A stretch of 64,000 nucleotides of DNA. Origin: Anaeramoeba ignava BMAN. Lineage: Eukaryota > Protista > Anaeramoebae. The stretch is taken from contig JAPDFW010000139.1 in the NCBI GenBank assembly GCA_028826165.1, positions 57,309-121,308 on the forward strand, read 5' to 3'. Of this stretch, positions 37,099 through 51,541 are shown piece after piece. Every line of letters starts with the position of its first letter. The stretch's first letter is position 1. A program made the translations under genes and the position numbers. A model generated the notes under the pieces. The model ran no database searches. It was not told where the DNA came from and worked only from the letters and a program-made list of their open reading frames with translations.

Positions 37099-39157
37099 TT
37101 AATTTTTGTTTTCTTCTTTAATTTCACTTAATCTTTTTGTTTTTAAAGCTCTTTCTGGAGAAGAATTATATTTAGATTTAAGTTCATTTTGCCATTTATT
37201 AATTCGATAAGTATATTTTTCTTTTGTTGATTGAAGTTTTAAAAAATCTTTTTCTTTTTGGATCAATTTTTCTTCTCTTTCTTGTAACCATTTTTCACGT
37301 AAAAGAAGTTCTTTTTTTTGATTTTCCAAGTGATTTTCCAATGATTTAATTTGGGAATTTAATTGTTCTTTCATTTTGTCATTTGTTTGTGATTCTTTTT
37401 CATTTCTTGAAACAAATTGAGTTTTTGAATAATGTTCTTGCATTTCTTCATGTACAATTGCCATTATTTTATTTACTGTTGCTTTCATACAGAATATTTC
37501 TGCTGTTGTTAATTCCATTTCGTTTTTTAATTCTTTCACTTTTTTATATCTTGTTTTGAGTAATGTTAAAATTTTATTAAGTGATGAAATGATTTCAGTT
37601 GTAATTTTATTTTTGAAAGTTTCGATTGGAACTCGATTCATTTCAAAATGTGCTTTTTTCTAATTATTTAATATAATTTAAAATTAATATAAAATTATTT
37701 ATAAAATTATTTATAAAATTAAATATAAAATTATTTATAAAATTAAATTTATAAAATTATTTATAAAATTAAATATAAAATTAAATATAAAATTATTTAT
37801 AAAATTATTTATAAAATTATTTATAAAATTATTTATAAAATTAAATATAAAATTATTTATAAAATTATTTATTAAATTATTTATAAAATTATTTATAAAA
37901 TTAAATATAAAATTAATATAAAATTATTTATAAAATTATTTATAAAATTATTTATAAAATTAATTTATAAAATTATTTATAAAATTATTTATAAAATTAT
38001 TTTATAAAATTATTTATAAAATAAAATTATTTATAAAATTATTTATAAAATTATTTATATAAAATTAAATATAAAATTATTTATAAAATTAAATATAAAA
38101 TTAATTATAAAATTATTTATAAAATTATTTATAAAATTATTTATAAAATTATTTATAAAATTATTTATAAAATTATTTATAAAATTAATTATAAAATTAT
38201 TTATAAAATTATTTATAAAATTATTTATAAAATTATTTATAAAATTATTTATAAAATTATTTATAAAATTATTTATAAAATTATTTATAAAATTATTTAT
38301 AAAATTATTTATAAAATTATTTATAAAATTATTTATAAAATTATTTATAAAATTATTTATAAAATTATTTATAAAATTATTTATAAAAATTAAATATAAA
38401 ATTATTTATAAAATTATTTATAAAATTATTTATAAAATTAAATATAAAATTATTTATAAAATTAAATATAAAATTAAATATAAAATTATTTATTAAATTA
38501 TATAAAAATTATTTATAAAATTATTTATTAAAATTATTTATAAAAATTTATTTATATAAAATTTTATCAATTTATTTAAAAATTTTCTAAAAATTATAAA
38601 AATTCACGAAATTTTTTTAAAATTATTTATTAAAAAAGATCTTGAATAGAATTTTGTTTTCTTCCAATATTAATTATTAAATTATTTATAAAATTTTATA
38701 AAATTATTTATTTCTTATAAAATTTATTATAAAAATTATTGTTTAAAAATATTTTTAAAATATTTTTCAAATTTTTGGATATTTATTTATTAAATTAAAT
38801 ATATAAAATTTTTATAAATTTCTTTGAATTTTAAAATTATTTTAAAATATTTTTAAATTTTTATAAAATTTTTTTAAGTTTTAAAAAATTTTCTAAAAAT
38901 GAAAAAATGAAAAATTTAAACAAAAACTTGTTTTCTTCCAATTTTAAATGTTTTTCATTTTTTTCATTTTTCATTTTGATTTTTATCTAAAATTTTTCTC
39001 TAAAAAAAGGATTGTTTGGAATATTTTGAATATTTTTTTCAAATTTTTTTTGGATATTTTGATTTTGATTTTGATTTTGATTTCTTTGAATTTTTGGAGT
39101 TTTTTGAATATTTTCATTTCTGGAAATTTGTTTTTTTAATGGAGATTGTTTTTGCAT
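37099..39157 (-). CDS. Hypothetical coiled-coil protein; last exon 37659-37099 is clear, 5' exon (~39157-38928) uncertain or frameshifted
   Basis: Acceptor ttag at 37661-37660 in frame with ORF 37099..37641. Upstream ATG CAA AAA CAA TCT CCA at 39157, but the frame breaks in homopolymer runs. Confidence 0.5.
37680..38530. repeat. 12-bp minisatellite (ATAAAATTATTT)n, intronic
   Basis: Near-perfect array 38110-38390. Confidence 0.9.
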
Positions 39158-39303
39158 TTTTTATTTTTGTTAAAATAAAAAGGAAAAATGAAAAATTAAA
39201 AATGAAAAAAAATTTAAACAAAAAACTATTTAAGAATTTTAAAAAAATTTTTCATTTTTCATTTTTCATTTTTTTATTTTTTTCATTTTTTTTTTATTAT
39301 AAA

Positions 39304-39873
39304 ATGTTTAAAAATCAAATTGAAAATCAAATTGAAAATCAAATTGGAAATCAAAATGAAAATCAAATTGAAAATGAAAATCAAAATCAAAATCAAATTG
39401 AAAATCAAATTCAAATTGAAAATCAAAATCAAATTGAAAATCAAATTGAAAATCAAAATCAAATTTTAAATCAAAATCAAATTGAAAATGAAAATTTAAA
39501 TCAAATTGAAAATGAAAATCAAATTGAAATTGATGTTAATGAATTTAAAAAAAAATTGGATAAAAATCTTTTATTAGCAATTTGGCAAGGAGAAACAATT
39601 CCAAAAAGAAAAAAAAGATCACCAAAAATTCTTCATTCAAATTTTCAATTAAATAATCCTTTTTATTCATTTCCAGAAAAATCTCCATCAAAATCAAAAA
39701 AAAAACCAAAAATTTTAAGTATTGAAACAAGATATTTTGTAAAGAATATAAATGTTTATAAAGATGATATAATTGAAGGAGAAGAAGAAGAAATTTCAAG
39801 AAAAAATTTAAACAGAAAAATTGAATTTAAATTTTTAGAATATGAAACAATTTGGAAACCAATTCATAATTAA
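39304..39873 (+). CDS. Hypothetical protein with N-terminal NQIE repeats
   Basis: ATG at 39304 after a TTTTCATTTT-rich leader; ORF with a non-repetitive C-terminal half. Confidence 0.55.
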   Translation: MFKNQIENQIENQIGNQNENQIENENQNQNQIENQIQIENQNQIENQIENQNQILNQNQIENENLNQIENENQIEIDVNEFKKKLDKNLLLAIWQGETIPKRKKRSPKILHSNFQLNNPFYSFPEKSPSKSKKKPKILSIETRYFVKNINVYKDDIIEGEEEEISRKNLNRKIEFKFLEYETIWKPIHN

Positions 39874-39924
39874 AATTGAATTGAATTTTTTTTTGAATTG
39901 AATTTTTTTTTGAATTGAATAAAT

Positions 39925-42143
39925 TTAAAATTCATTTGAATCTAATTCAAAATTTGTCGTTTTGTTTTCATTCAAAGTTTCTTTATGAGAAACAAAATTT
40001 TCATTATAAATTGATTCTAATGATTCAATTCTTTTTTTTCTTTTGTTTTTGTTATTTTTCATTTTTTTAAGTTGGTGTAAATTTTCTTGAATAAGAATAT
40101 TTTCATTCGTTTTGTTTTCATTTTGATTATCAATAATTTGGTTTTGAAAAGGACTTTTTAAAGGTGAATTTTTTTGATTTGAATTTTTTTGATTTGAATT
40201 TTTTTGATTTGAATTTTTTTCATTTGATTCGTTTTCATTTAATTCGTTTTCATTTAATTCGTTTTCATTTGAATCTAAATTATCAAAAAAATCACTCTTT
40301 TTATTATCAAATACAACATCAAGATCAATTTCATTTAAATCATTATTTTGAAAATTATTTTCAGAATAAGCTGAACTAATATAATCTAAATTTTCTGAAT
40401 TTTCGGAATTGATCCGACGATTTAAATTCATTTGATCAATTCTATTTTTCAAAATCTTATTATCATTTTGAACTTTTTCAATATTTCTTTTAAGATCTTG
40501 AATAAATTTTTCTTGTTCCAAAGATTTATGGAAATAAGTTAAAGGTCTCAAAGAAAAAGCAATTTTTAAAGTATCTTGTGAAACAAAGCCTTCGTTTTCA
40601 ATGGAATGAATGCGATGAAATTTAGAGTAACCCCAAGAGTCTCCTTCTTGGAAATCAGAAGAGTATTCTCTTGAGGCTTTTGGAGAGATTTGTTTAAGTG
40701 AGATGTCCATGTTAATTTTCTGCTCCTTATTTGATGATAAATTGCCTATTTTTCTATCATTTTTTTCATTTTCGAAATTTGTATTTTCTGATTCAACAAA
40801 ATCAGACAATGGATGAATTAACTCAATATGATAAGTATATCTTAAAGTTGGGAAAGAAGATTTGACAAGTTCGAGAAAAATTGATATATATTCGTCTTGG
40901 ATTTCTTCTGAATTGCCAAAAGGATAAACTTTAAGTCGCCATTGTTGTCCTCTTAAATTAACAACATCGCTGTTGATTTCTGTGCATTGATGGCGATAAG
41001 AAGAGAATTGTGGGATTTCCATAAAGAATTTATCAAATTCTGGAACAATTTCGTTTAAAAGTTGAGATTCTTGATTCCAATGTAAATTTGTGTCGTTTGC
41101 TCGCGGACTTTGGATTTTTTCGAGAGATTCTAAGATCATCTCTGTGTTGCGAATTAACTCGCTTTTGGAATATTGTTTCATGGTTTTTGTGATGATTGTT
41201 AAATTCTTCTCAATTTCTTCTTTACTTTTTTTGGCTTGAATTCTTGCTGTAGAAATGTATTCTTTTTTTTCTTTGGTTTTTTCTTCAATTCTTCTTAAAA
41301 TTTCATCTTTTGCGTGCTCTGTTTTTATTTTGCATTGTTCGAATGAATCACTAATTCCTTCGAGTTGTTGATCAATTTTATTCATTGTGTCTTGATAGTA
41401 TTGTGCCATTTGATTTAGTGATGTGATTTTCTCTTGGATTATTGATAGTTGTTTTTGGTAATATGAGTCTAAAACAACAATTTCGTCAGATTTGTGTTGA
41501 TCGTCAATAATCACACAATCTGAACAGATTGGGATTTGGCAAGTTACACAATAATATCTTGCTTGTATTTGATGTTTTTGACAGATTTCTTCTGATTCTT
41601 TTTTTTCTAGCATTTCGAATTCCTTTTTCAAATTAAATTTCAATTTTAATTTTAATTTTAATTTTAATTTTAATTTCAATTTTAATTTTAATTTCAATTT
41701 CAATTTCATATTAAATTTCAAATTAAATTTTAATTTTACTTCAGCAATTTCATCAATTGTTTGAGCTTTTATCATATCATTAATACTAATTTTGGATCTA
41801 CATAAAGGACAACTACTATGTTCATTAAGCCATTGCTTTTTAATTTTAAATTTTAAAAAATAAATTGAATAAAAAAATAAATTGAATAAAAAAATAAATT
41901 GAATAAAAAAATAAATTGAATAAAAAAATAAATTGAATAAAAAAATAAATTGAATAAAAAAATAAATTGAATAAAAAAATAAATTGAATAAAAAAATAAA
42001 TTGTAAAATACCTCAATACAATCATAACAACAAAATTTGTGACAACAAGGAGTCATAACTGTTGAACGAACATTTGAAAGACAAATAAAACATTTGAAAA
42101 CTTGTCCCATTTTAGAAATTACTTTATTTAAATCTTGAGCCAT
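39925..42143 (-). CDS. TRIM37: TRIM37-like E3 ligase (RING, B-box, coiled coil, MATH), 3 exons
   Basis: Exons 42143-42012, 41835-41740, 41622-39925. RING VFKCFICL...PCCHKFCCYDCIE|QWL..CPLCR, B-box CQKH..YYCVTCQIPICSDC...QH, MATH WRLKVYPFGN..YISIFLEL...DSWGYSKF. Confidence 0.88.
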
Positions 42144-42365
42144 AATTGAAATAAAAAAAAATGAAAAAAATGAAAAAAATGAAAAAAATGAAAATTAATT
42201 TTTTTTTGGATTTTTTTTTTGAGTTTGTAAATGTCATTTATTTGTCATTTAATTTTGAAAAAGATAATTTATATGTCATTGATGTTTTTTTTTAATTTTT
42301 TAATGTCATTTATTTTTTTATTTTTCATTTTTAATTTTTCATTTTTCATTTTTCATTTTTTTAAA

Positions 42366-42803
42366 ATGTCTTTTTTAGATCTTTGTTCTTCAACTGAAAC
42401 AATATTTTGGGTTATAAATTTAATTATAAATCTAACTCAGTTTATTTTATTATTAAAACCTTTATTAGATTTAACAGATTATCGACCAGAATTTCAAGAT
42501 CCAATTAAATTATGCGATAATTTAAATAAATGGATAATTCCTGAATATTTTTTTCAAGCTTTATCAACAATTTTAAGTTTATTTTCAGGAAAAATTTTAT
42601 TGTTTTTAATTTCAATTAGTGTTACTATTTTTAATGGTTATCAATATTATTATTTTAAATATCAATATAATCCTGCTGAATTGTATAGAACTCAATTTAA
42701 ACATCGCAAAGAAGGTCTTATTAAATTGTTAATTGCTTTAATTTGTTTAGTTTATGTTGTTTTAAAAAGTTCTTTTTGTTTTTTCTCTTTTTTAATTTAT
42801 TAA
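42366..42803 (+). CDS. Cornichon/Erv14-family cargo receptor
   Basis: LLDLTDYRPEFQDPIKLCDNLNKWIIPEYF and YNPAELYR...HRKEGLIKL match the cornichon pattern; 3-4 hydrophobic segments. Confidence 0.8.
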   Translation: MSFLDLCSSTETIFWVINLIINLTQFILLLKPLLDLTDYRPEFQDPIKLCDNLNKWIIPEYFFQALSTILSLFSGKILLFLISISVTIFNGYQYYYFKYQYNPAELYRTQFKHRKEGLIKLLIALICLVYVVLKSSFCFFSFLIY

Positions 42804-43266
42804 AATTTAATGTAAAATTCATTTATAAAATTAAATTTAAAATTAAAATTAAAATTAAAATTAAAATTAAAATTAAAATTAAAATTAAAATTAAAATTAA
42901 AATTAAAATTAAAATTAAATTTAAATTAAAATTAAAATTAAAATTAAAATTAAAATTAAAATTAAAATTTAAAATTAAAATTAAAATTTAAAATTAAAAT
43001 TAAAATTAAAATTTAAAATCAAAATTAAAATTAAAATTAAAAAATTAAAATTAAAATTAAAATTAAAATTAAAATTAATTTATAAAATTAAAATTAAAAT
43101 TAAAATTCAAATTAAAATTAAAATTAAAATTAAAATTAAAATTCAAATCAAAATTAAATTAAAATCAAAATTAAAATCAAAATTAAAATTAAAATCAAAA
43201 TTAAAATTCATTTATAAAATTCAAATCAAAATCAAAATTAAAATTAAAATTTAAATTTTATTTATT

Positions 43267-44761
43267 TTATAAAAAGTATATTGCTAAAAAAATTTTAACC
43301 ATTGAAATTCTTGAAAGTGAAAATATTAGAAAAATAATTAATAAACCAGCAATTGGTGTCAAAAAAAGCACAGTTTTATGTAAAAAAGGTAAAATTTTAT
43401 AACCAAGAAAAGTAATGTAAACATAACAAGACATTGCAAATGTAAAAATAAAATTTCCAATAAAAATTGAAAATAAACTATTTGAATTTATAAAAGGAAT
43501 AAATGGATAAACAATAATATGTGTAATCATAAAATATGGAAAATAAGAATTGCAATGAACATCAAATGCATATCTCATTTCTACTTTTTGTTCACTATAT
43601 AAAAATCCTTTTTTACGAAGAAAAGTATTTGTTAGAAATCTAAAAATTAAAATTAAAAATAAAAATAAAAATAAAATTAATCAAAATTAAAATTAAAATT
43701 AAAATTAAAATTAAAATTAAAATTAAAATTAAAATAAAATTAAAATTTAAAATTAAAATTAAAATTAAAATTAAAATTAAATTTAAAATTAAAATTAAAA
43801 TCAAAATTACCGAAAATTAAAATTAAAATCAAAATTAAAATCAAAATTAAAATTAAAATTAAAATTAAAATTAAAATTAAAATTAAAATTAAAATTAAAA
43901 ATTAAAATTAAAATTAAAATTAAAATTAAAATTAAAATTAAAATTAAAATTAAAATTAAAATTAAAATTAAAATTAAAATTAAAATTAAAATTAAATTAA
44001 AATTAAAATTAAAATTAAAATTAAAATTTAAATTAAAATTAAAATTAAAATTAAAATTAAAATTAAAATTAAAATTAAAATTTGAAATTAAAATTAAAAT
44101 TAAAATTAAAATTAAAATTAAATTTGAAATTAAAATTAAAATTAAATGTTTACCGAAGAATCATTGATATAAAAATCCCAAAAAGGAGATAATTAATGAA
44201 AATTGATTTAAAAGCAACTTTAATAAAACCAACAAATGAAGAAATTCTAAAACAAACACTGTAAGCAATAGAAGAAATAAAAATAAAAAACATTTGAATA
44301 AGAACAAAAGAACAATCTTTTCTACCCCAAGTATCTTGAAATTCTATTTATAAGAATAAAGTTTTCATGTTCAAAATAATTCATTTCATTTTAATTCTAA
44401 TTATTAAAATTTAATTGATTAAAAAATTGAAATAAATTTTAAATAAAAAAAAAGAAAAAGAATTTTTGAATAATTTAAATTGAAATTAAATTTGAATTTA
44501 AAATTATTACATTTTAATTTTTATGTTATTTTTACGTTTTTGTTCTTTAATTTGATCATAACTATTAAATTTCAATTTAAATTTCAATTTAAATTTTTTT
44601 TAAATTTTTTTTAAATTGAAAACAAACGTATTTTGTGGATCAATCCATAAATTTTTCATTTGAGAAATTGAATTTAAAAAATTTTCATATTGAATTTGTT
44701 TTTTTAAAACTTCAGAAAATGATTGAGTATCTCTTTCAGAATTTTCAACTAAAGGAATCAT
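43267..44761 (-). CDS. UNC50: UNC-50/GMH1 family Golgi membrane protein, 4 exons
   Basis: Exons 44761-44628, 44561-44536 (26 nt), 44343-44154, 43639-43267. Motifs QMKNLWIDPQNTY, QDTWGRKDCSF, KVEMRYAFDVHCNSYFP, YITFLGYKILPFL. Confidence 0.85.
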
Positions 44762-44946
44762 TAAAAAAAATGAAAAAAAAAATGAAAAAAATTAAAAAAA
44801 AATTAAAAAAAAATTTTGATTTAAATAATAAAACCTATATATAATAAAAAATATGAAAATATTTATTTTTTTTTATTTTTTTTTTTTTCATTTTTTTTTT
44901 TCAAACAAAAACAGAACAAAATAGCAAATCCTTTTTTAAAAAAATC

Positions 44947-47900
44947 ATGAATATTCTTTTTTATGGTGTTTTACTTATACTTAATCTTGTAAATTAAGAA
45001 AAAATATAAAAAAAATTTTTTTGACAAATGAATTTCAAATCCAATTTTAAATCATTTACTAAATCATTATTAAATCATTCACCAATTTAATTTTAAATCA
45101 ATTTTATATCAATTTTAAATCAATTTTAAATTAATTTTATATTAATTTTAAATCAATTTTAAATCAATTTTAAATCAATTTTAAATCAATTTTAAATCAA
45201 TTTTAAATCAATTTTAAATCAATTTTATATCAATTTTATATTAATTTTATATCAATTTTATATCAATTTTAAATCAATTTTATATCAATTTTAAATCAAT
45301 TTTAAATCAATTTTATATCAATTTTAAATCAATTTTAAATCAAATTTAAATCAATTTTATATCAATTTTATATCAATTTTAAATCAATTTTAAATCAATT
45401 TTAAATCAATTTTAAATCAAATTTAAATCAATTTTAAATCAATTTTAAATTAATTTTATATTAATTTTAAATCAATTTTAAATCAATTTTAAATCAATTT
45501 TAAATCAATTTTATATTAATTTTTAAATCAATTTTAAATCAATTTTAAATCAATTTTAAATCAATTTTATATTAATTTTAAATCAATTTTAAATCAATTT
45601 TAAATCAATTTTTAAATCAATTTTATATTAATTTTAAATCAATTTTTAAATCAATTTTATATCAATTTTATATTAATTTTATATCAATTTTAAATCAATT
45701 TTAAATCAATTTTAAATCAATTTTAAATCAATTTTATATCAATTTTAAATCAATTTTAAATCAATTTTTATATCAATTTTATATTAATTTTTATATCAAT
45801 TTTAAAATCAATTTTATATCAATTTTAAATCAATTTTATATTAATTTTAAATCAATTTTAAATCAATTTTATATCAATTTTATATCAATTTTATATTAAT
45901 TTTATATCAATTTTAAATCAATTTTATATTAATTTTATATTAATTTTATATTAATTTTATATCAATTTTAAATCAATTTTAAATCAATTTTAAATCAATT
46001 TTAAATCAATTTTAAATCAATTTTAAATCAATTTTAAATCAATTTTAAATCAATTTTTAAATCAATTTTAAATCAATTTTATATCAATTTTTTAATTTTA
46101 TATTTTATATCAATTTTAAATCAATTTTATATCAATTTTAAATCAATTTTAAATCAATTTTATATCAATTTTAAATCAATTTTAAATCAAATTTAAATCA
46201 ATTTTATATCAATTTTATATCAATTTTAAATCAATTTTAAATCAATTTTAAATCAATTTTAAATCAAATTTAAATCAATTTTAAATCAATTTTAAATTAA
46301 TTTTATATTAATTTTAAATCAATTTTAAATCAATTTTTAAATCAATTTTTAAATCAATTTTATATTAATTTTAAATCAATTTTAAATCAATTTTAAATCA
46401 ATTTTAAATCAATTTTATATTAATTTTAAATCAATTTTAAATCAATTTTAAATCAATTTTAAATCAATTTTATATTAATTTTAAATCAATTTTAAATCAA
46501 TTTTATATCAATTTTATATTAATTTTATATCAATTTTAAATCAATTTTAAATCAATTTTAAATCAATTTTAAATCAATTTTATATCAATTTTAAATCAAT
46601 TTTAAATCAATTTTATATCAATTTTATATTAATTTTATATCAATTTTAAATCAATTTTATATCAATTTTAAATCAATTTTATATTAATTTTAAATCAATT
46701 TTAAATCAATTTTATATCAATTTTATATCAATTTTATATTAATTTTATATCAATTTTAAATCAATTTTATATTAATTTTATATTAATTTTATATTAATTT
46801 TATATCAATTTTTAAATCAATTTTAAATCAATTTTAAATCAATTTTAAATCAATTTTAAATCAATTTTAAATCAATTTTAAATCAATTTTAAATCAATTT
46901 TAAATCAATTTTAAATCAATTTTATATCAATTTTATATTAATTTTAAATCAATTTTAAATCAATTTTAAATCAATTTTAAATCAATTTTATATCAATTTT
47001 ATATCAATTCTATATCAATTTTAAATCAATTTTATATTAATTTTATATTAATTTTATATCAATTTTAAATCAATTTTATATCAATTTTAAATCAATTTTA
47101 AATCAATTTTAAATCAATTTTATATCAATTTTATATCAATTTTAAATCAATTTTAAATCAATTTTAAATCAATTTTAAATCAATTTTAAATCAATTTTAA
47201 ATCAATTTTAAATCAATTTTATATCAATTCTATATCAATTTTATATCAATTTTAAATCAATTTTATATCAATTTTAAATCAATTTTATATTAATTTTATA
47301 TTAATTTTATATCAATTTTAAATCAATTTTAAATCAATTTTAAATCAATTTTAAATCAATTTTATATCAATTTTATATCAATTTTAAATCAATTTTATAT
47401 CAAATTTAAATCAATTTTAAATCAAATTTATATCAAATTTATATCAATTTTAAATCAAATTTTAAATCAATTTTATATCAATTTTATATCAATTTTAAAT
47501 CAATTTTATATTAATTTTATATCAATTCTATATCAATTTTAAATCAATTTTATATCAATTTTATATCAATTTTAAATCAATTTTAAATCAAATTTAAATC
47601 AATTTTAAATCAAATTTAAATCAATTTTAAATCAATTTTAAATCAATTTTAATTCAATTTTAAATCAATTTTAATTCAATTTTAAATCAATTTTAATTCA
47701 ATTTTAAATCAATTTTAAATCAATTTTAAATCAATTTTATATCAATTTTAAATCAATTTTAAATCAATTTTAAATCAATTTTATATCAATTTTAATTTAA
47801 TAAATAGGGAGGATTTATAATGGCAATTGCAGCTATTGGGGCATTTGAAACTAACGATAGAAAACAAATGGGAATGCCTATAGTTGCATCAGTTTCTACA

Positions 47901-49186
47901 CTTGTTGTGGCAATTTTGGCTGTTTTATTAATATTTATGAAAAAATTTGGACACAGATGCGCAACTTTCTTCAATTATATGTTCAGCGTTATGATTGGTT
48001 TAATTATTATTTCTGTTGATCAAATTTATACTCCTTATTGTGCTAATATAAAGGCTGCTGGTGGAGAATGTATTCATAAAAGCGAAACTTTTTCTGCTGG
48101 AATTTTGATTCAATTAATTTCTATCGTAAATTAAAATTAAAATTTAAATCAAAATCAAAATTAAAATTAAAATCAAAATTAAAATTAAAATAAAAATTAA
48201 AATTAAAATTAAAATTAAAATTAAAATTAAAATTAAAATTAAAATTAAAATTAAAATTAAAATTAAAATTTAAATTAAAATATAAATTAAAATTAAAATC
48301 AAAATTAAAATCAAAATTAAAATTAAAATTAAAATTAAAATTAAAATTAAAATTAAAAATTAAAACTAAAATTAAAATTAAAATTAAAATTAAAATTAAA
48401 ATTAAAATTAAAATTAAAATTAAAATTAAAATTCAAAATTAAAATTAAAATTAAAATTAAAATTAAAATTAAAATTAAAATTAAAATTAAAAATTAAAAT
48501 TAAAATTAAAATTAAAATCAAAATTAAAATTAAAATTAAAATTAAAATTAAAAATTAAAATCAAAATTAAAATCAAAATTAAAATATAAATCAAAATTAA
48601 AATCAAAATTAAAATTAAAATTAAAATTAGAATCAAAAATTAAAATTAAAATTAAAATTATAATTAAAATTAATATTAAAATTAAAATTAAAATTGAAAT
48701 TAAAATTTAAATAAAAATTAAAATTAAAATTAAAATTAAAATTATAATTATAATTAAAATTAAAATTATAATTAATATTAAAATTAAAATCAAAATTAGC
48801 TTGCAACGATGGCTTTGAATTTAGAATTATCCAAACCACAAGATGAACATTATTCTGATGTTGATGGAAACCAAAGTTATGTTCCACCAAAAGTTGATCA
48901 ACCAACAAAAGAAAACTACAATAAAATTGATGATGATCCAGATAATTTCCAACCAAATTATGGATACAATCCAAATCAAGCATATAATCCAAATCAAGTT
49001 TATGATCCAAATCAAACATACAATCCAAATCAAGTTTATGATCCAAATCAAGCACAAAATCAAGATCAAAATCAATACAATGCTTATAATCCAACAGGAA
49101 TGATGGAACCACAAGGAAATCAAGAACAAAAAACTAGTACAAGTGATTCTACAAGTGATACTGATAGTGATAAAAATGATTTCTAA
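44947..49186 (+). CDS. Hypothetical ~248-aa multi-TM protein with C-terminal Y[ND]PNQ repeats, 3 exons
   Basis: Exons 44947-44988, 47808-48125, 48800-49186, all phase 0 and GT-AG; about four hydrophobic stretches. Confidence 0.7.
45090..47790. repeat. 11-bp minisatellite (ATCAATTTTAA / ATCAATTTTAT / ATTAATTTTAT)n, ~2.7 kb, intronic
   Basis: Direct inspection. Confidence 0.95.
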
Positions 49187-49383
49187 AAACTTCACTTTTT
49201 TTTTCTGATTTTCTTCTTTTTCTTTTTCTTTTTCTTTTTTTTTTGCTTTTTTTCAATTCATTTCTTCTATTTTTTTTTTCAGATCGGAAAAAAACTCAAA
49301 ACAAAAATAAGAATTTCTTCTTTATTGATTTAATCACTTTTTTAATTTTGATTTTGAATTTGATTTTGATTTTGATTTTGATT

Positions 49384-51458
49384 TTAATTTTGATTTATAT
49401 TTTCATTTTGATTTTGATTTTGATTTTGATTTTGATTTTGATTTTGATTTTGATTTTGATTTATATTTTCAATTTGATTTTGATTTTGATTTTGATTTTG
49501 ATTTTGATTTTGATTTTGATTTTGATTTTGATTTATATTTTCATTTTGATTTTCATTTTGATTTATATTTTGATTTTGATTTTGATTTTGATTTTGATTT
49601 TGATTTTGATTTTGATTTTGATTTTGATTTTTTTCTTTATATTCATTTAAAAAATCTTCAATATCTGTTTCTTCAGAATTTATATCAATTTCTTCTAAAT
49701 TTAATAATTTAAAATCTTGTTCTAAAATTTCTTCCTTCTCATTTTCATTTTCATCAAAATCTGAACCAATTGATTGATTTTGTAAATGTGAATTAAGGGA
49801 ATTAAATTCGCATTTAAAACATTGAGAAACTGTGATAAGATCTGAAAATTTGCCATCAATTAAATCTAAATAAAAATAAAAAATCAAAATTAAAAAATAA
49901 AAATAAAAATAAAAATAATAAAACCTTCTTCAGTAACTTCTTCGATTTTATTAAATGTTAATTCAACATAAAAATTTGCATCTGGTAATGATTTTTTTTT
50001 CTGTGCTTTATCCAATTCAAATTTTTTAAGAGTTAGTTGTTCTTGATGAATAAAAGATGTATTTATCCAAGCAACAAATAAAGTTCTCTTTAAAATTGAA
50101 AAATTAATTTGAAATAAAAAGTGGATTTTTCTTTTTTTGCTTTTTTTTTTTTTGGATTAGATTACATTTTGATTATAAAAAGTAATTTTCATATCTTCAA
50201 ATAAAGGGAAAGGTTGAGAAAGAATAACAGTTAATATTTTACTTTTTGATTCTGATACAAAAGAGTTTGATTCTTTTGACTATTAAAATAAATATTAAAA
50301 TAAATATTTAAATTAAATATTGAAATTAAATATTGAAATAAATATTAAATTAAATTGTGGAAATAAAAACATTTGAATCATAAAGTAATTTGTGATCCAT
50401 ATTATATATATGAAAATGAGGCCTTTTTTCAATATTTTTTGTTGGTGAAATTTTTTTTAAAGGACCAAGTGAAATTTTTTGTAAATAACAAATTTGTTTT
50501 TTTCTAATTCCAGTTTTGAGAAATTGTTCAAAATATTTAACATATCTTCTTTGACTTGGAATTGTAACTCCCTTTTAAATAGAAAAAGAAAAAAAATCAA
50601 AGAAAAAAAAATCAATGGTTTTTTTGTTGGGTCATTGCTATAGAAAAATTGATCCGTTTTTTGATAATTTCTCTTGCAAATAATTCTTTACTTTCCCATC
50701 TTTAGTCCTCATTGCTCCGTAAAATGAAAGTGCTTGTTCTGCTGTTTCCCAAGTTTCACTGAATAAAAGAAAACAACATATCATAACTCCAGTTCTTCCC
50801 TGTAAAATAAATTTTAATAAAAAATGGTCAAATAAATTTCTTTAAAATGTCTTTGGAAGTTTTTTTTTATGAATGAGTGCTGTTGTTAATTTTCTTGTAT
50901 TTTGATTTCTTTGTTGGAAAAATTTTTTTGATTTGAAAAAAAAGTTTTGGATAATTCCAAAAAATTTGCTTTTGATTTTCAATAAATACTTTTCCTGCTT
51001 TGCAATGAATTGCAGCAACATAATCTTGGTCTTGTCCAGTCCATGCCTGAACTGAGTTACAAAAGCTCATAATCATATCAAATGGAGGTGGATTATGATC
51101 ATCAAATGGGAAGCATTCAACACGATTATGAAATTTTGAAGCATCATAAGACCTTTCACTGCACAGGTTATAAACTTTGTATTTATCTTTATGTTTCATT
51201 TCGAAGAAGCTTGTTTATTAAAGATGGATTTATGGTTGAAAATTTTGATTGGATTATTTGATTGATTTTATATTTGTTTAAATTGCTATTTTTTTACTTA
51301 TAAACATCACTCATTTTATTTCTATAAATTCCTTCAATTCTTGCTGAAGGAAATCCCATTGCGATTATTTGATTTGTGATGTAAGAAAGATCCAAATTGA
51401 ATCCTTCGAAGTTTATTCTTCTTTTTTGTTTACTGACTAATTTTTTAAGTTTACTCAT
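49384..51458 (-). CDS. PTEN: PTEN lipid phosphatase with C2 domain and (QN)n tail, 7 exons
   Basis: Exons 51458-51298, 51209-50990, 50799-50692, 50571-50371, 50279-50166, 50087-49925, 49865-49384. Motifs [45 protein letters not shown]|[14 protein letters not shown]. Confidence 0.93.
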
Positions 51459-51541
51459 TTTTTTTTATTGAAATTTCAATTTAAATTTAAATTTAAATTT
51501 AAATTTAAAATTAAAATGGAAGAAAAAAATGATTTTTTATT

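Noticed and set aside
48625-48640. Possible microexon at ttag in intron 2 of the 4-TM gene
   Set aside because: No GT follows; it is a point variant of the hexamer repeat.
15011-51458. TOR, an AMPK-related kinase and PTEN as a signalling gene cluster
   Set aside because: Interspersed with unrelated housekeeping genes; no evidence beyond chance without synteny data.
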